This document shows positions 47,600 to 60,079 of a stretch of DNA of 64,000 bases, piece by piece. The notes beneath the pieces were generated by a model that saw only the letters and a program-made list of their open reading frames with translations, had not been told where the DNA came from and did no database searches. The stretch covers positions 73,633,849-73,697,848 of the forward strand of contig NC_068988.1 of assembly GCF_001194135.2 (NCBI RefSeq), in the 5' to 3' direction. The position numbers and the translations under genes are program-made. The stretch's first letter is position 1. The number at the start of each line of letters is the position of its first letter. The DNA comes from Octopus bimaculoides. Its lineage: Eukaryota.

Positions 47600-50110
47600 A
47601 CATACTGTTGCCTTATTTGGGGTCTCTTACCGTGATATAGGTTAATCTGAGACCTTAGGTAGCAGGAGGCCAAGTTGTTTCTTGAAAACACCTACCACTA
47701 CTCCATGAAAATCTCTCGGATGTTTTGGCAAGGCATTCAATGGCTGTGGTCCTTTGAATCTCAAGCGATTGTAGTATACGATCCTCACTCAAGACGGGGC
47801 AGTGACGTCCAGTTCGGGGGTTTGTATAGCTCTTGATGCCAAAGTTTAGTGACAGCCTCTCCAGGATCTTCCATGCTTATATCACTGGATACCTCTTCCA
47901 TCTTCGCTCCAGGGAGTCGAGTCGTAGCTCTTTCAATTTCTCCCTGCTGCTCAGCTGTTCCATAGATGCAATTTTTCTGGCATAGCACAGCTGAACTGCC
48001 TCAAGTTCCGCTATTTATTTGACATTGTATGGTAACCACAATTGAGAGTAGTAGTCCGGACGGCTGAGTACAAATGTCCTCCATAAACCAACATAGTCTC
48101 CTGACCCCTTGTTTTGAAGGGATCATCCGATCATTCGCCTGCACACTGCCACCATCCTGGTAATGTGTACGTGAAATGGGGCGTTGTTGCTCGTATCAAT
48201 CTTGCTCGCATCAATCCAGATCGAGTACTTGACTCTGGAATTGCCACTCCTTTTGGTCCCAAGTAGAGTTGTTGCAGCGTGTGAGTACTAACGAGAGGAG
48301 GCATTAGAATTTACCGGTTTTAAATTGCATGTTGTTTTCTTGAGCCCATTTATATATGGTATCAGAAGGTCCCTTGACTGCTTGTACTACTTTTGTGTCG
48401 TCAGCATATCTAGTAAGTGTGGCTATCTGTGTAATTGATGGCATGTCTGAGAGAGCCAACATAAACAGCAGCGGCTCTAATACAGTTCCCTAAGGCACTC
48501 CACTTTCTATTACTGTCTCCTTGGAGAGGCTCCATTAGCTGTCACAGCCTGGCTTCTGTCTTTCAAGAAGTCATGCAACCACTCTCCCAGTTTTCCGACT
48601 TTGCCGAGTTTCAGTAGTTTGTACATATCATCCCATGATCAACCTTATCAAAGATCTTTACAAAGTCAAGATATATCATAACCACGTTTGAGTGATTCAT
48701 TAGAACCTGTGTAAGATAGATACTTCCCGAGCAAAAGCTATGTTGGGTGTCATGGAACAAGTCATTATCTTCAAAGAATGCAATCAGTTCCCTCCTGGCA
48801 ATGCGTTCCATGACTTTGCTGGCATGAGAGGTTAGAGAGACAGGTCTATAATTTTTAGCATCTGCTCTGCTACCCCAATCTTAATGTATAGGACATATCA
48901 TACCTTCCTTTAACATTTTCGGAAGTCTCCTAGTTACAAGGAAGCTCTGGAAGAATATCTGTGGTGGTCTTGCTAGAGTCCCTTTGCATTACTTTAAGGG
49001 GATTACTGAGAATCTATCAGGGCTTGTAGCTGAGTTTGAGTTCATTTCATCAATTGCTGATATTACATTCGTTTCCTCTATTTCGATGTTATCAATAATT
49101 GCCAACTCTTTGTGTAGGCCTGTGGTGCCGAAGAATTTATCAAGCTTAGTTTTTTGCGAGTTCCCTAGTGGAGTTATGAAAACATTCTTATATTGTACAT
49201 TCAGTATTTTACTGATCCTCTAGGGGTGTTAGAGTTCATTTTTGATCTCAAGCAGTTTGTTTGAGATAGGTTCCTTTGCTATCCTTCAGTGGCCCATCTA
49301 GGCGGTCAGTTCGAAATACAACATACTTTGGTATGTGTATCTCAGCATCTGATATGTCCGTGTTCAGATGTGTTACTGTTAGAGCTTATTGTTTGATTAC
49401 GTGTCACTGTCTCCCAGATATTGAGTTTTGTGTGGGTAGAACGTTAGAAAGCCCTTGATGTTCAGCAGGATTACTGGTGTAACGTATAGAGTGTGGTACT
49501 GGTCACTGGTCTGGTATGTGCAGAGGTAGCCACTCTGGATCTTTTGTTGTTTGTGATGGTTTTGGGTGTTGGTATGTGTTTTTCAGACCCTTGTTGAGCA
49601 GCTGCTGTCCGCACTCCAACCATAGTTTGTTTTCTCGTATTAGCAGTTTCATGGTAGTGTAACCTGGCCCTGTGTCCTTGAGGACAGTTTTTCTATGCCA
49701 GCATGTACCCTTTACATAGAACTTCCAGACTGGTTGAGCTTTCTTTTTACCAGAACCTTTGTATTCGCAAGTTCTAATTCGTTTTCCTTTTCTTTCTGCT
49801 CCCACATTGGGCCCATGTTCACTCTCAGCTTGCCTGCTTGCTTGTGTCTTCGTCTTCATCTTTGGCTTCATCTGTTTCTCCTGGAGGACCTTTACTTTAT
49901 TGCTGTTGTTCTCCTCTGTACATGTCTTCATCTTTTCTTTTGTTTCTCTTGGTGGACTTTGCTTTGTTGATGTTGTTCTGATACTCACAGTTGTGCAGTG
50001 ATGATATCTGTTTTGCTTTGTTCTTCCCTCATAACATCATCCTGACCCTTCTCAGATTCCATTGAGATACTGGTTTCTTTTTCACCCTTTTGTGTTTTCG
50101 ACTCCTATTT
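47600..50110 (-). mobile_element. CR1/L2-type LINE, decayed, with an ORF1 remnant
   Basis: NYRPVSLTSHASKVMERI, IYLDFVKIFDKVDHG, GTVLEPLLF and YADDTKVV. Upstream KFYVKGTCWH resembles a CCCH finger of ORF1. Confidence 0.85.
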
Positions 50111-50754
50111 AAATATTTTGTCTAGTAACTCCATATTCGGTGGAATTAAGGCATATGAATGACCTCATTCTTTTCCTCTCGGTAAAAACCAAAACTCTTC
50201 AAGGCTTCTGCAATTAGAGATTTTGGCGGCGATCCTTCTGCGAGGCTTCATGCCTTAATTGCCTCAAACAGCCAATTACCTTGTATTTTGAAGTTTATGT
50301 TGTCTTTGGTGTAGTTGGCTTTGCTGAGGTCCATGTTGTTGAGATAAGGATGAAAAAAGGTTTGGAAGAGGTAGAGACAGATTTGCAGAGAGAGAAAAGA
50401 GAGAGCGAGTAGTGAAGAAGGCAGAGAGAGAGAGAGATGGAAAGGGAGAGAGAAAGAGAGAGAGAGATGTAAAGGTAATGAAGAATGCAGAGAGAAAGAA
50501 GAGCAAGAAAGAGAAATGTAAAAATAGTGAAGAAACCAGAGAGAGGAGACTGCAAGAGATAAATATATGGAAATGGCGAAACATTCGAATCAATCTTAAT
50601 GCAATTATAGATTGAGAGATAAAAGGTGGATATTTTTAGGGTAAGTGAAAGTAAGATAAAGAGACAATAAGCGTAAGAGAGGGTAAAAGAGAGAGAGCGA
50701 AGAGGGGAAAAAAGCAAAAAGAAACAGATAAATTGATATACATGGAAATACATT

Positions 50755-50831
<77 letters not shown>

Positions 50832-52217
50832 CGATAGATAGATAGACCTTTTCAGCTCGATGGAAAGAAAGAGAAGCGTGTGCAATTAAATACCGTCTCA
50901 CTTGATAATCGTAAGAGACATATGTAGTTGATTAATTAACTTATTTTGTCTGAAGTTTGCAAATATATACACGAGGACCTATTTGTGTTTAGTTTTGCAA
51001 ATAATTATACGAGAAGATATATATACGTGGTGTTTATTTTTTTATGATTACTTTCGCCTGAAAATCTATGAACATGGGAATCTATATATATGTTGCCTCA
51101 AAAGCTGCAAAAATTCATACGTGATGCATGTTTGTTTTTTAATGAAAGGAAAAGTTAGATGAGAAAAAAACTTACTATACATTTATCGGTATATAAAGTC
51201 CGATAAATGTAGCCCCTACGAAAACAATTTTACCTCAAGACTTCAACTTTTGATAACTTTCAGTGATTAAATAAACAAAAATTGCATACATACGTTGTTC
51301 TTGTATTATTCTAAGAAAATGAAATATTATACCATGTAAGCTTGGAACTTAATTTTTGTTTTGTAAGTTGTTGTTTTTTTTATCTCAGACGTTCAGAACC
51401 ACGTTGTTGGTCGAAGATGATAAGTGTAGCAGGAATATTTAGCAAATTACCCATTATCACGACGATTCGCTAGAATATTGTCCACGTGATCAACAAAATC
51501 AGACAAATCACGATTTCTCGACGAATAGGCTCCAGTAATGATATTTTCTTTCGACGCGCTTCATTTTGAGCCTATCGACCAGTATAAATTCAGTATGTCG
51601 TGAACACTACGAGACAGAGAGCTTTGGGATACAGCAGACAGAGCATTGACAAACATTGTAGAGTTGGCAAACAGAGATGGAGGACAGCAGCTGACAATAC
51701 AAAGGCAATGAACAGCCAGCAGGCGAACGACATAAGAAATCAGCCGGCAAGCAACTAACCATACTTTATTTGCTGCTACAACTACACCAAGAACAAAAAT
51801 AACCCTGGACATTTTGTCGTTTGTAGTAATGACAGCTATCATTCCTTGCGTTGTTTATCAAGAATAAATTGTTCTTTATCAAAATTTCAACAGATTCCAG
51901 TGTTTCTTTCTGTACATAAATATAGTTAGTTTATACTCCGTATTTGACGGAGATTCCGTCTATATTAATTTTATAATATATAGCGCTTTCTCAGAGTCGA
52001 TTCAGGATTGATCATTGCGAAATGCTGTCAGTTTCTTAGAGAGTTTGTTAAATTTTTTCAGGATGAAGTAAATGTATGTCGCAACAGCAGGTCGCCATCT
52101 TGATATATATATATATATATATATATATACGTCCTGTACCCATATATGCATGTATATATACATATATATGTAGGTATGTACATATATGAATGTATATATG
52201 CATATATTTATATATTA

Positions 52218-52249
<32 letters not shown>

Positions 52250-53692
52250 ATTCATAAACGTTACGCAAATAACAATATTTTTAAAGCAAAACAGTTTAAT
52301 ATTTAATTGTGCGCACGCGCGCGCGCGTGTGTGAAACTGATGAAATAAGTATAATTTACGATAAAAATTTGCATTTTGATTAAATTACCAGCTACTGTGA
52401 AGTAAAACCTCTCACTACAGTTCGTCTGAATTTAACGTCTCTGGCTATCACTCACTCCCACTTCGTTTGTTGTTTTGTTTCCCTCTACGAGCGTGACCGA
52501 CGTGAGACACATTGTGTTTTATTATATGTAAAATGGTAATTACATTAAAAAAAACATGGATACTGAAAATGATATGAATAAATCATGATAGACACAGTAA
52601 ACTGAAACAATATATTTTTCTTTAAGTGTAAAAATCTTACTCATATAGAGATTATTTTTTAGTTTTCACGAATTTTTATTCACATGACCTTTGATATCAT
52701 TCAAGAATACGATAATAGTAGCGTGAAATTTAAACTATATTAGTAAAAACAATAGAACTCCGGACTTTCAGGTATCTTCTGGTTGTTTTATTTCTTCGGA
52801 TTCAATAAGATAGACACCAGTCGAATCACTTGAGCATCGGTTTCTCCAATAAGAATTAGACTTGTACCTTGTCAAAGGAATTTAATTTATGCCAAAAGTT
52901 ATCAAGTGCTATACTACATGCTCTTAAATACTATGCAGATACAATGAACAGATAGAGATGGCAAACCTAGACCAGAATCAGTGTTAAACATGAAAATTAT
53001 AATGCACAATAACTACCTTACTAAGCTGGTTTCTTTTACTTGCATTTACAACAAAGACATTTGCGCATGCACACGCACGTACACACATACAGAGACATTC
53101 ACACATACATGCACTCACACTCACACAAGAAAATTAGTTTCCGCAAATTGACAGTCTAGTTTCAACTCCTGGAATTTCCGATTATTGCCCTCATAGCTTC
53201 GAGGAAAAATATTCCTTTCCTTATCTTAAAACTTAGTCTAGAATCTCAAAAACTTATCCATTAGAAAAGTTGTCTCTTCACTTATGTTTTCCCAATTTTC
53301 TTCCACTTTCCCCGATCGATATAGACGCCAGCAATTACAATCTACAGAAGTATGAGAGAAAATTAGATAAATGAAAAGAAATTATTACTCGGGTTTCTCT
53401 GTTTTTCGTCCTTTCTGATGAAGAAGCCATGTAAAAGATTGTTCAATTAGCGAAAGCTAGTGCTCTTTGATCTTGTACGAATTCCGAGAATCAGTATCAA
53501 ATCACAGCTGATCATAGAAGATGCTTTCAGCAAAACTCGTGAATATTTGTCGCAAGGAATTAAAAAAATATATTCAATAATTTTGTGTAATTTCTCAATT
53601 AAAAATGAAAAAAAAGCAAATAATCACAATTTGCAAGAAATAGTGTAAAATCATATATAAATTGTGTATCTGCGCACGCGCATGCACGCATG

Positions 53693-53726
<34 letters not shown>

Positions 53727-54249
53727 CACACATACACACACACACGCACACGCATTCACGCACGCGCACTCACGCACACAAAGCTTATATGTATTGGTGT
53801 AGATATATAATGTGTGCAATCGTAAGTTTAGTTATATAAGGAAAGGAATACTAAATATAGAAATGGCTTAATATTTTTACGTTTAATAACATGCAGAAGT
53901 TGAAATATATAGTAGTGTATTGGTGTCGTAAAAAAATGTCAACATTTTAAAAGAAATAAACTGCAACTGGTATTTAACAAATGTATTGCTCGTATAATAC
54001 ATGCCGTATACTTGCTAAAGACTTGCCACAATGCATCCTATATTGTCAGGCTAGGCTCTGATCAAAGTTCATTTGCCATGAATATGATTAATGTAGCATG
54101 CATTCCATACATACATAATATAAGTATCATTACATGTTCTATATAGAAAGTTGTTGAAACATAATACATCGTATACAAATATTATCCAATATTCACTACA
54201 TATATTTCCTATGGTTTAATAGAAATGAGTTTCCATAGAAAATTATACA

Positions 54250-54830
54250 ATTTTGTTTTAATAGATTATGCATATTTGCAATATATGTTATACAGTGAGG
54301 TCTCTATATACGAACATAATCCTTTGTGGAGCCCTGTTCGTAAACCAAATAATTCGTCCTCTTTCTCTCTTTTTTCTTTTCTTTTTTTCTTTTCCTTTTA
54401 TTTCTTTTTTTTTTCTTTTTCTTTATTCCTCTCTTCCTATCTTCGATTTGACCTTACTAATACATTCCCTACTTTTAGGTCACTTTAAATAAAACCCTTG
54501 ATTCAATAACACTGTGTACAAACTCTATACTCGGAATGACCAATTTCAAATACTATTGGATTTTACTCATAAGATGCTGGAATCTTATATGTAGACCATT
54601 CTGTCTAAATAATGGATTTACAAATACATTATCCCTGCATATCTCACATCTATTTTCGTTCCTCCAATTCACTCTCTATTTCGTATCTTATCTAAATTAA
54701 CTATTGCTTAACCATCTTCTCACACCGTCTCCGATGAAGGGATATAATAAATATCCTGGAAACAGCTGTAAGACATTCTATTTGTAAATGTTCTAAAATC
54801 TACACAGCCTTGGTTTTTTTATCTCATTAC
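54250..54830 (+). mobile_element. PLE 3' end / pseudo-LTR remnant
   Basis: AT/CT-rich pLTR-like segment containing a hammerhead motif at 54727-54774. Coding evidence is weak. Confidence 0.5.
54727..54774 (+). ncRNA. Minimal type-I hammerhead ribozyme-like motif
   Basis: GTCT-CCGATGA-A-GGGATAT(AATAA)ATATCCT-G-GAAA-CAGCTG-TA-AGAC. Stem I is GTCT/AGAC, stem II is 7 bp, stem III is the palindrome ACAGCTGT, and the core has a U4C change. Confidence 0.65.
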
Positions 54831-55084
54831 GAAAAGTGAATCTTTATATCCATACATACATACATACATACATACATACATACATACATACATACATACA
54901 CACATACAAATAAAAATACCCTGTTGTTGCTGTTGAAATTTCAATGAAAGAGACTTGGATCTAGGTTAGAAACCGGTTCTTTCTCTATTGGCAAGAGATC
55001 TTAAAATAAACTATATATGTTGTTCTATCAGTATTTACGCGTTGAAAAAATATATCTTTCACTTGTACTATATATATATCTTCT

Positions 55085-55290
55085 TTTATTCGTTTACTTG
55101 TTTCAGTCATTTGACTACGGCTATGCTGGAGCACCACCTTTAGTCGAGCAAATCGACCCCAAAACTTATTCTTTGTAAGCCTGGTATTTATTCTATCGGA
55201 CTCTTATGCCGAACCTCTAAGTTACGAGGACGTAAACACACCAACATCGGTGTCAAGCGATGGTGGAGGCGCAAGCACAAACACACGAAT
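55085..55290 (-). mobile_element. SINE family A 3' part (remainder probably in the gap)
   Basis: Reverse complement of the family A tail. Confidence 0.85.
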
Positions 55291-56167
55291 ACATACATAT
55301 ATATAGGTGTATGTAAATATATATATATATATATANNNNNNNNNNNNNNNNNNNNNNNNNNNNNNNNNNNNNNNNNNNNNNNNNNNNNNNNNNNNNNNNN
55401 NNNNNNNNNNNNNNNNNNNNNNNNNNNNNNNNNNNNNNNNNNNNNNNNNNNNNNNNNNNNNNNNNNNNNNNNNNNNNNNNNNNNNNNNNNNNNNNNNNNN
55501 NNNNNNNNNNNNNNNNNNNNNNNNNNNNNNNNNNNNNNNNNNNNNNNNNNNNNNNNNNNNNNNNNNNNNNNNNNNNNNNNNNNNNNNNNNNNNNNNNNNN
55601 NNNNNNNNNNNNNNNNNNNNNNNNNNNNNNNNNNNNNNNNNNNNNNNNNNNNNNNNNNNNNNNNNNNNNNNNNNNNNNNNNNNNNNNNNNNNNNNNNNNN
55701 NNNNNNNNNNNNNNNNNNNNNNNNNATATATATATATATATATATACAGGGGTAGTTTGTTCCTAGCCACACCCAAAGTCTCCATGAAACGATGCTTTAT
55801 TAATCTATTTAACAATACTAAATATATAAGTATATACGTATACACACACATACATTTACACTCACACAAGTACAATACACACACACACACACACACGCAC
55901 AATCCATATATGTGTGTATGTGTGTGTGTGTGGTTTTCTTTTCGTCTTACTTCTGTCGATCAATGGTCATGTTTTTTATCGAAAACCGTGAGAAATGATA
56001 TTTTCTATGTGTAATACGGAAATTTGCAGATTAACGACTTTAATGAACCACTTATACATACTCTCCCAGACACTTATATGAGTTTGTAGCCTATTTGAAG
56101 TTTGTTGATCAAATTTCAGCTCCTAGGCCGAATATAATTTTGTTCACAAAAACTGTTTGCTAATAAC

Positions 56168-56324
56168 AGGAGCAGACATGGCTGCGAAGTAAAGAAGCTC
56201 GCTTTGTAACCACGTCGTTCCTTGATGAGTCCAATTGCGCTGCATCTTGGGCAAGTGTCAGCTTTATAGACCCGGGTCGATCAATGTTTTATGAGTGGTT
56301 GATGGAGACTATGTGGAAACCCGT

Positions 56325-56370
<46 letters not shown>

Positions 56371-56580
56371 TTTGTTATCTGTGTTTCTCCTATACCACCA
56401 CTTGATCACTGGTGCTGGGTTTTTTATGTCCCTGTGGCTAAGGGGGTCAGCAAAACAGAATGATAGAATAAGTATTAGGCTTAAAAGATAAGTACTGAGG
56501 CCAATTTATTTGACTAAACCCTTCAGGGCTGTTCCCCAATATGGCTGCAGTCCAATGGCAAATAAAGATAAAAGATAAAT
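56168..56580 (+). mobile_element. Old full-length SINE family A with internal (GT)n
   Basis: Head, TCTTGGGCAAGTGTC core, (GT)n and the GATAGAATAAGTATTAGGCTT tail. Confidence 0.75.
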
Positions 56581-56596
56581 GCAATTTGTTCATTTA

Positions 56597-56895
56597 GCGC
56601 AATGCTCCGCAACCAGTATGCCGTGGTGTAACCTGAATATATTCGAGTGTGCCACAGTGTAGTCTGAATATAATTTTTTCCCTTAATAGTATTTTTAGTT
56701 CAAATGTGCCGCCGAATTTTGAAAAGAATATATGTGTACCACAAGTGAAAAAGGTGCCGGGAGTGGGGGCACGTGCCCCACTCAAGAAAATAATTGCGCC
56801 CCTCTAAATAATGTTATTACGCCCTTTTCTCCTGGAATTCCATTCCCTTCTGACTTTGTGCCCTCCCTTCGAAAAATTCCTGAGACCACGCCTGG
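56597..56895. mobile_element. Degenerate hAT-like MITE remnants
   Basis: GTATGCCGTGG..GTGTGCCACA..GTGCCGCCG..AAAAAGGT and GGGGCACGTGCCCC..AAAAATTCCTG motifs resemble small hAT non-autonomous elements. Confidence 0.35.
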
Positions 56896-57403
56896 TTTGT
56901 ATATGTTCCCCGGCACATATGTTTGTGCGTAGTCTAATCGGGGTTTGTTGAGCAAATTTCAGTACATTATACGAGTTCAATATTCTTCAGAAAAAAGCGT
57001 TCATTATTCAATCTGTTCGTATAGGGAAGCATTCGTATTCGGGTACCTCACGGTATAATATACATATAACGGTTGTAAGATGAACGATGAACAGTGATCG
57101 AAGTTGTAAAGAAATATTTATTTACCGTTACTTTAATAAATGCCATACCACGACGGGTAGGTTAGTGTAATAGTATAACACAGTTCGTAAAGCATGCAAG
57201 GTAAAGAAAGTTAATTTCGGCTTGTATATGTGTGTACACGATCTTGTAGCAGTATATAGACAGAGATATGGTAATGTTACAGAGAAAAGACATTGAGCTA
57301 GTGAAAGTTGTAGGGTGTGCGACGTTGTCTCACAGCTGCTGGCAGTAAACTTCATTTCTCCCTCTGACCAAGGTTCCAGCTAGTCAGCCAGACATCATTC
57401 TCA

Positions 57404-57494
57404 TTGAGTCGTGACCGACTGGTGACTGAACTGGTTGAGTCGTGACCGACTGGTGACTAAACTGGTTGAGTCGTCACCGACTGGTGACTAAACT
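57404..57494. repeat. 31-bp tandem repeat x3 (TTGAGTCGTGACCGACTGGTGACTRAACTGG)
   Basis: Units start at 57404, 57435 and 57466 and are nearly identical. Confidence 0.95.
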
Positions 57495-58255
57495 AAATTT
57501 TGCTTGGGGTTTCCTTGCTTTTATAACTATCTAGAAGGATAGATATATTATTGAGAACAATAGATTTAGTTGATGGTCTTGTTATCTCTATTCTAGATTT
57601 TGGTGACGTAGAAGAGGTTAGAAAGGGTCAAGTGGTGAAGACATTGTTTCGGCCTAGCTAAAGGTATCTGGAAAATATTAAACTGCTGTCAGAGAAAAAC
57701 TATTGTTCCACCGAGGAAAAAGTTCTGTTGCAGTGCTGATTTAAATTTGGCTATGGTGGATCGAATCCACTTCATGCATGCAAGATCCAATACATCCATT
57801 TACATAATATACATTTGAAGCATTGCTCAATTACCGAATATAGTTTAGACGTTCCTTTTTGTGAACATAGGTGGCATGCTATATCTTTTGGTGAATTATA
57901 ATACAAATACAGTTTCATACTAACTTAATCGCGCAGATCTTTAATTCACGTTATTTATCATCACTTCCATATGCACAAATATAAATGCTGAATAAAGTTT
58001 ATTATAGGAGATAAAAATAATAAACTATATGCATTTTCGTTCCAACCAGGATTTAAATTCGTGCCTCTTTTCGACAGTTTGAACTAGATGATAAAAAAAA
58101 AACTTATAAAGTTAAATACATAAATAAATAAATTAGCGGTGCAGAATATATTTATTTTGGAATTGTACTGGTGATTTGGTCTGAGTCCGTATGTTGAAAC
58201 CAAAGCGATTATAGCGTATTCTTGGCGTCAAAAGTTTCGTCGCACTATTTGTGTG

Positions 58256-58290
<35 letters not shown>

Positions 58291-58702
58291 GTGTATGTGT
58301 GTGTGCGTGCGTATTCGTGTATATGTATGTATACATGCACACGTGCGTATACAAGTATGTATACACACAAACATATACACACATATTCTATGCAAAATGC
58401 CGTAAGTGCTCCTCAATTGCATATACAAGATTTTTTTTAATCAACCGGGTAGCTATTCACAACATTAGTGAACGTTTTATTCACTTTTACCGATATCAAA
58501 AATGAATTCTTGTCTGAGCGTATGGCTGACTGTGAGTACACGCCATTGAAAAGGTCCAAAAACGCCAAAATGCATCTGGTGCTCTCACTGACAACTGTTG
58601 GCGCAATTTTCGCCTTCCTTTGATATTTATTGTTTTTTAACAAAGGAAGTCCGTAAGAGATGTTATTTCAGAACAAATACAGCAGTAACCGGGTTAGAGA
58701 CA

Positions 58703-58797
<95 letters not shown>

Positions 58798-58886
58798 GTT
58801 CAAATTTACAGAAAACAAAAGACAAAGACAGGCGAAGTAACAACAAGCAGGTGTATTAGTTTGACGCTTGGGAAGAATGGAAAAGT

Positions 58887-58922
58887 CTTTGACGTTTCGA
58901 GCTTACACTCTTCGACAGAAAG
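58887..58922 (-). ncRNA. Minimal type-I hammerhead ribozyme-like motif
   Basis: Reverse complement CTTT-CTGTCGA-A-GAGT(GTAA)GCTC-GAAA-CG-TC-AAAG. Stem I is CTTT/AAAG, stem II is GNRA-capped, stem III is the palindrome ACGT with a GUC triplet, and the core has one A6U change. Confidence 0.65.
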
Positions 58923-60079
58923 GTTTGAGAGGAAAAAAATGGAATAGACGACGACGACGACCACCACCACCACCACCACCACCACCACCACGATAATGAT
59001 GATGATGGTGATGGTTGTCCAGTCGTGACAGAGGAAAGCCATCATTGACCATTGCCCATGCAAAACGCCACCAATGCCAGTGCATGAGGCTACTGCACCT
59101 GCAGCTGGCTTCATTATGATTCGCGCCAGCGACTTCCATGCTCGCCATAGACCCTCCTACTCATCCTCCTCGCCAACGATTGCGCAACATAAACTTTTAG
59201 GTCCAATAAGGCTTGCACAGCATTTCACAGGCCCTCTCCACCCTACTGACAGAGATAAACCAGGGCAAGATATTCAGTGTCAATATAGTCGCTGGCTCAG
59301 GTATGTGAGAGCGCCATGATCTCAAGCGCAAGCAATAGATCCCCAAAATGTTCAATAACATTCCCTGCGTGTCTGGTTTTATATCAGAGTGATCTTCACC
59401 TGGAGATATGCTTTAACAAACGTTGAAGGGGTGCCTCACACCCAGTGGTCTTCAGCGCGCTGGACACCAACTCGGAATTTATGAGAACCCATGTTATTGC
59501 TAGATAGTCGTTGCACTTACACTAGGTTCATCTGTCCTTTTGACACGTCTTATTTTTAGTCCTACATGGTTTCTAGCAACCCTTTTCACCAGGCGAGCCT
59601 ACACACACACACACACACACACATTGCCTCAAGGCTTTCACTCTACACACGCAAGCTTAACTTGATTCGTCTTTATTTAGTCAAAAGACACCTGTTGTTA
59701 TTTTCTTGTTGTTTGTATTTGTAATTGTGAAACATGTTCTCCGTTTTTTTGTCACATGCACTTACTTTCTCTCAAAAGGTTTAATGCTCTTAGCTTAGAT
59801 TTTTGGGAATAGCCAGATTTGAACAGTCTCGAGTGTAACAGCCCGGAACTGTAAGGATAATTTGGTAACTTGACTGATGAGAGGAGACTGTGAATGACCC
59901 GTCCTTGTTTTCCCTGTCCATCTTTTTATTGTCTTTTCTATCCGACTTCGCATCGTCTACCTGTCCGGATGTTTTATTGCTGNNNNNNNNNNATATAGTT
60001 GGTTGTCCGGCATAAAGTAGTCGATTGAATAAGTGCTAGGTTTTAAAACAAAAAGAAAAAGCAAATCACGAAAGCACAG

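Noticed and set aside
51561-51842. 93-aa hydrophobic ORF (minus) and a coding-looking plus frame
   Set aside because: There is no recognisable domain or splice context, and the plus frame has stops.
53415-53460. CTGATGA...GAAAGCTA hammerhead-like core
   Set aside because: Neither stem I nor stem II can be paired convincingly.
57404-57494. CRISPR-like appearance of the 31-bp repeats
   Set aside because: The repeats are directly tandem with no spacers, there are no cas genes, and the context is eukaryotic.
59875-59915. CTGATGAG motif
   Set aside because: There is no downstream GAAA or stems, so it is not a hammerhead.
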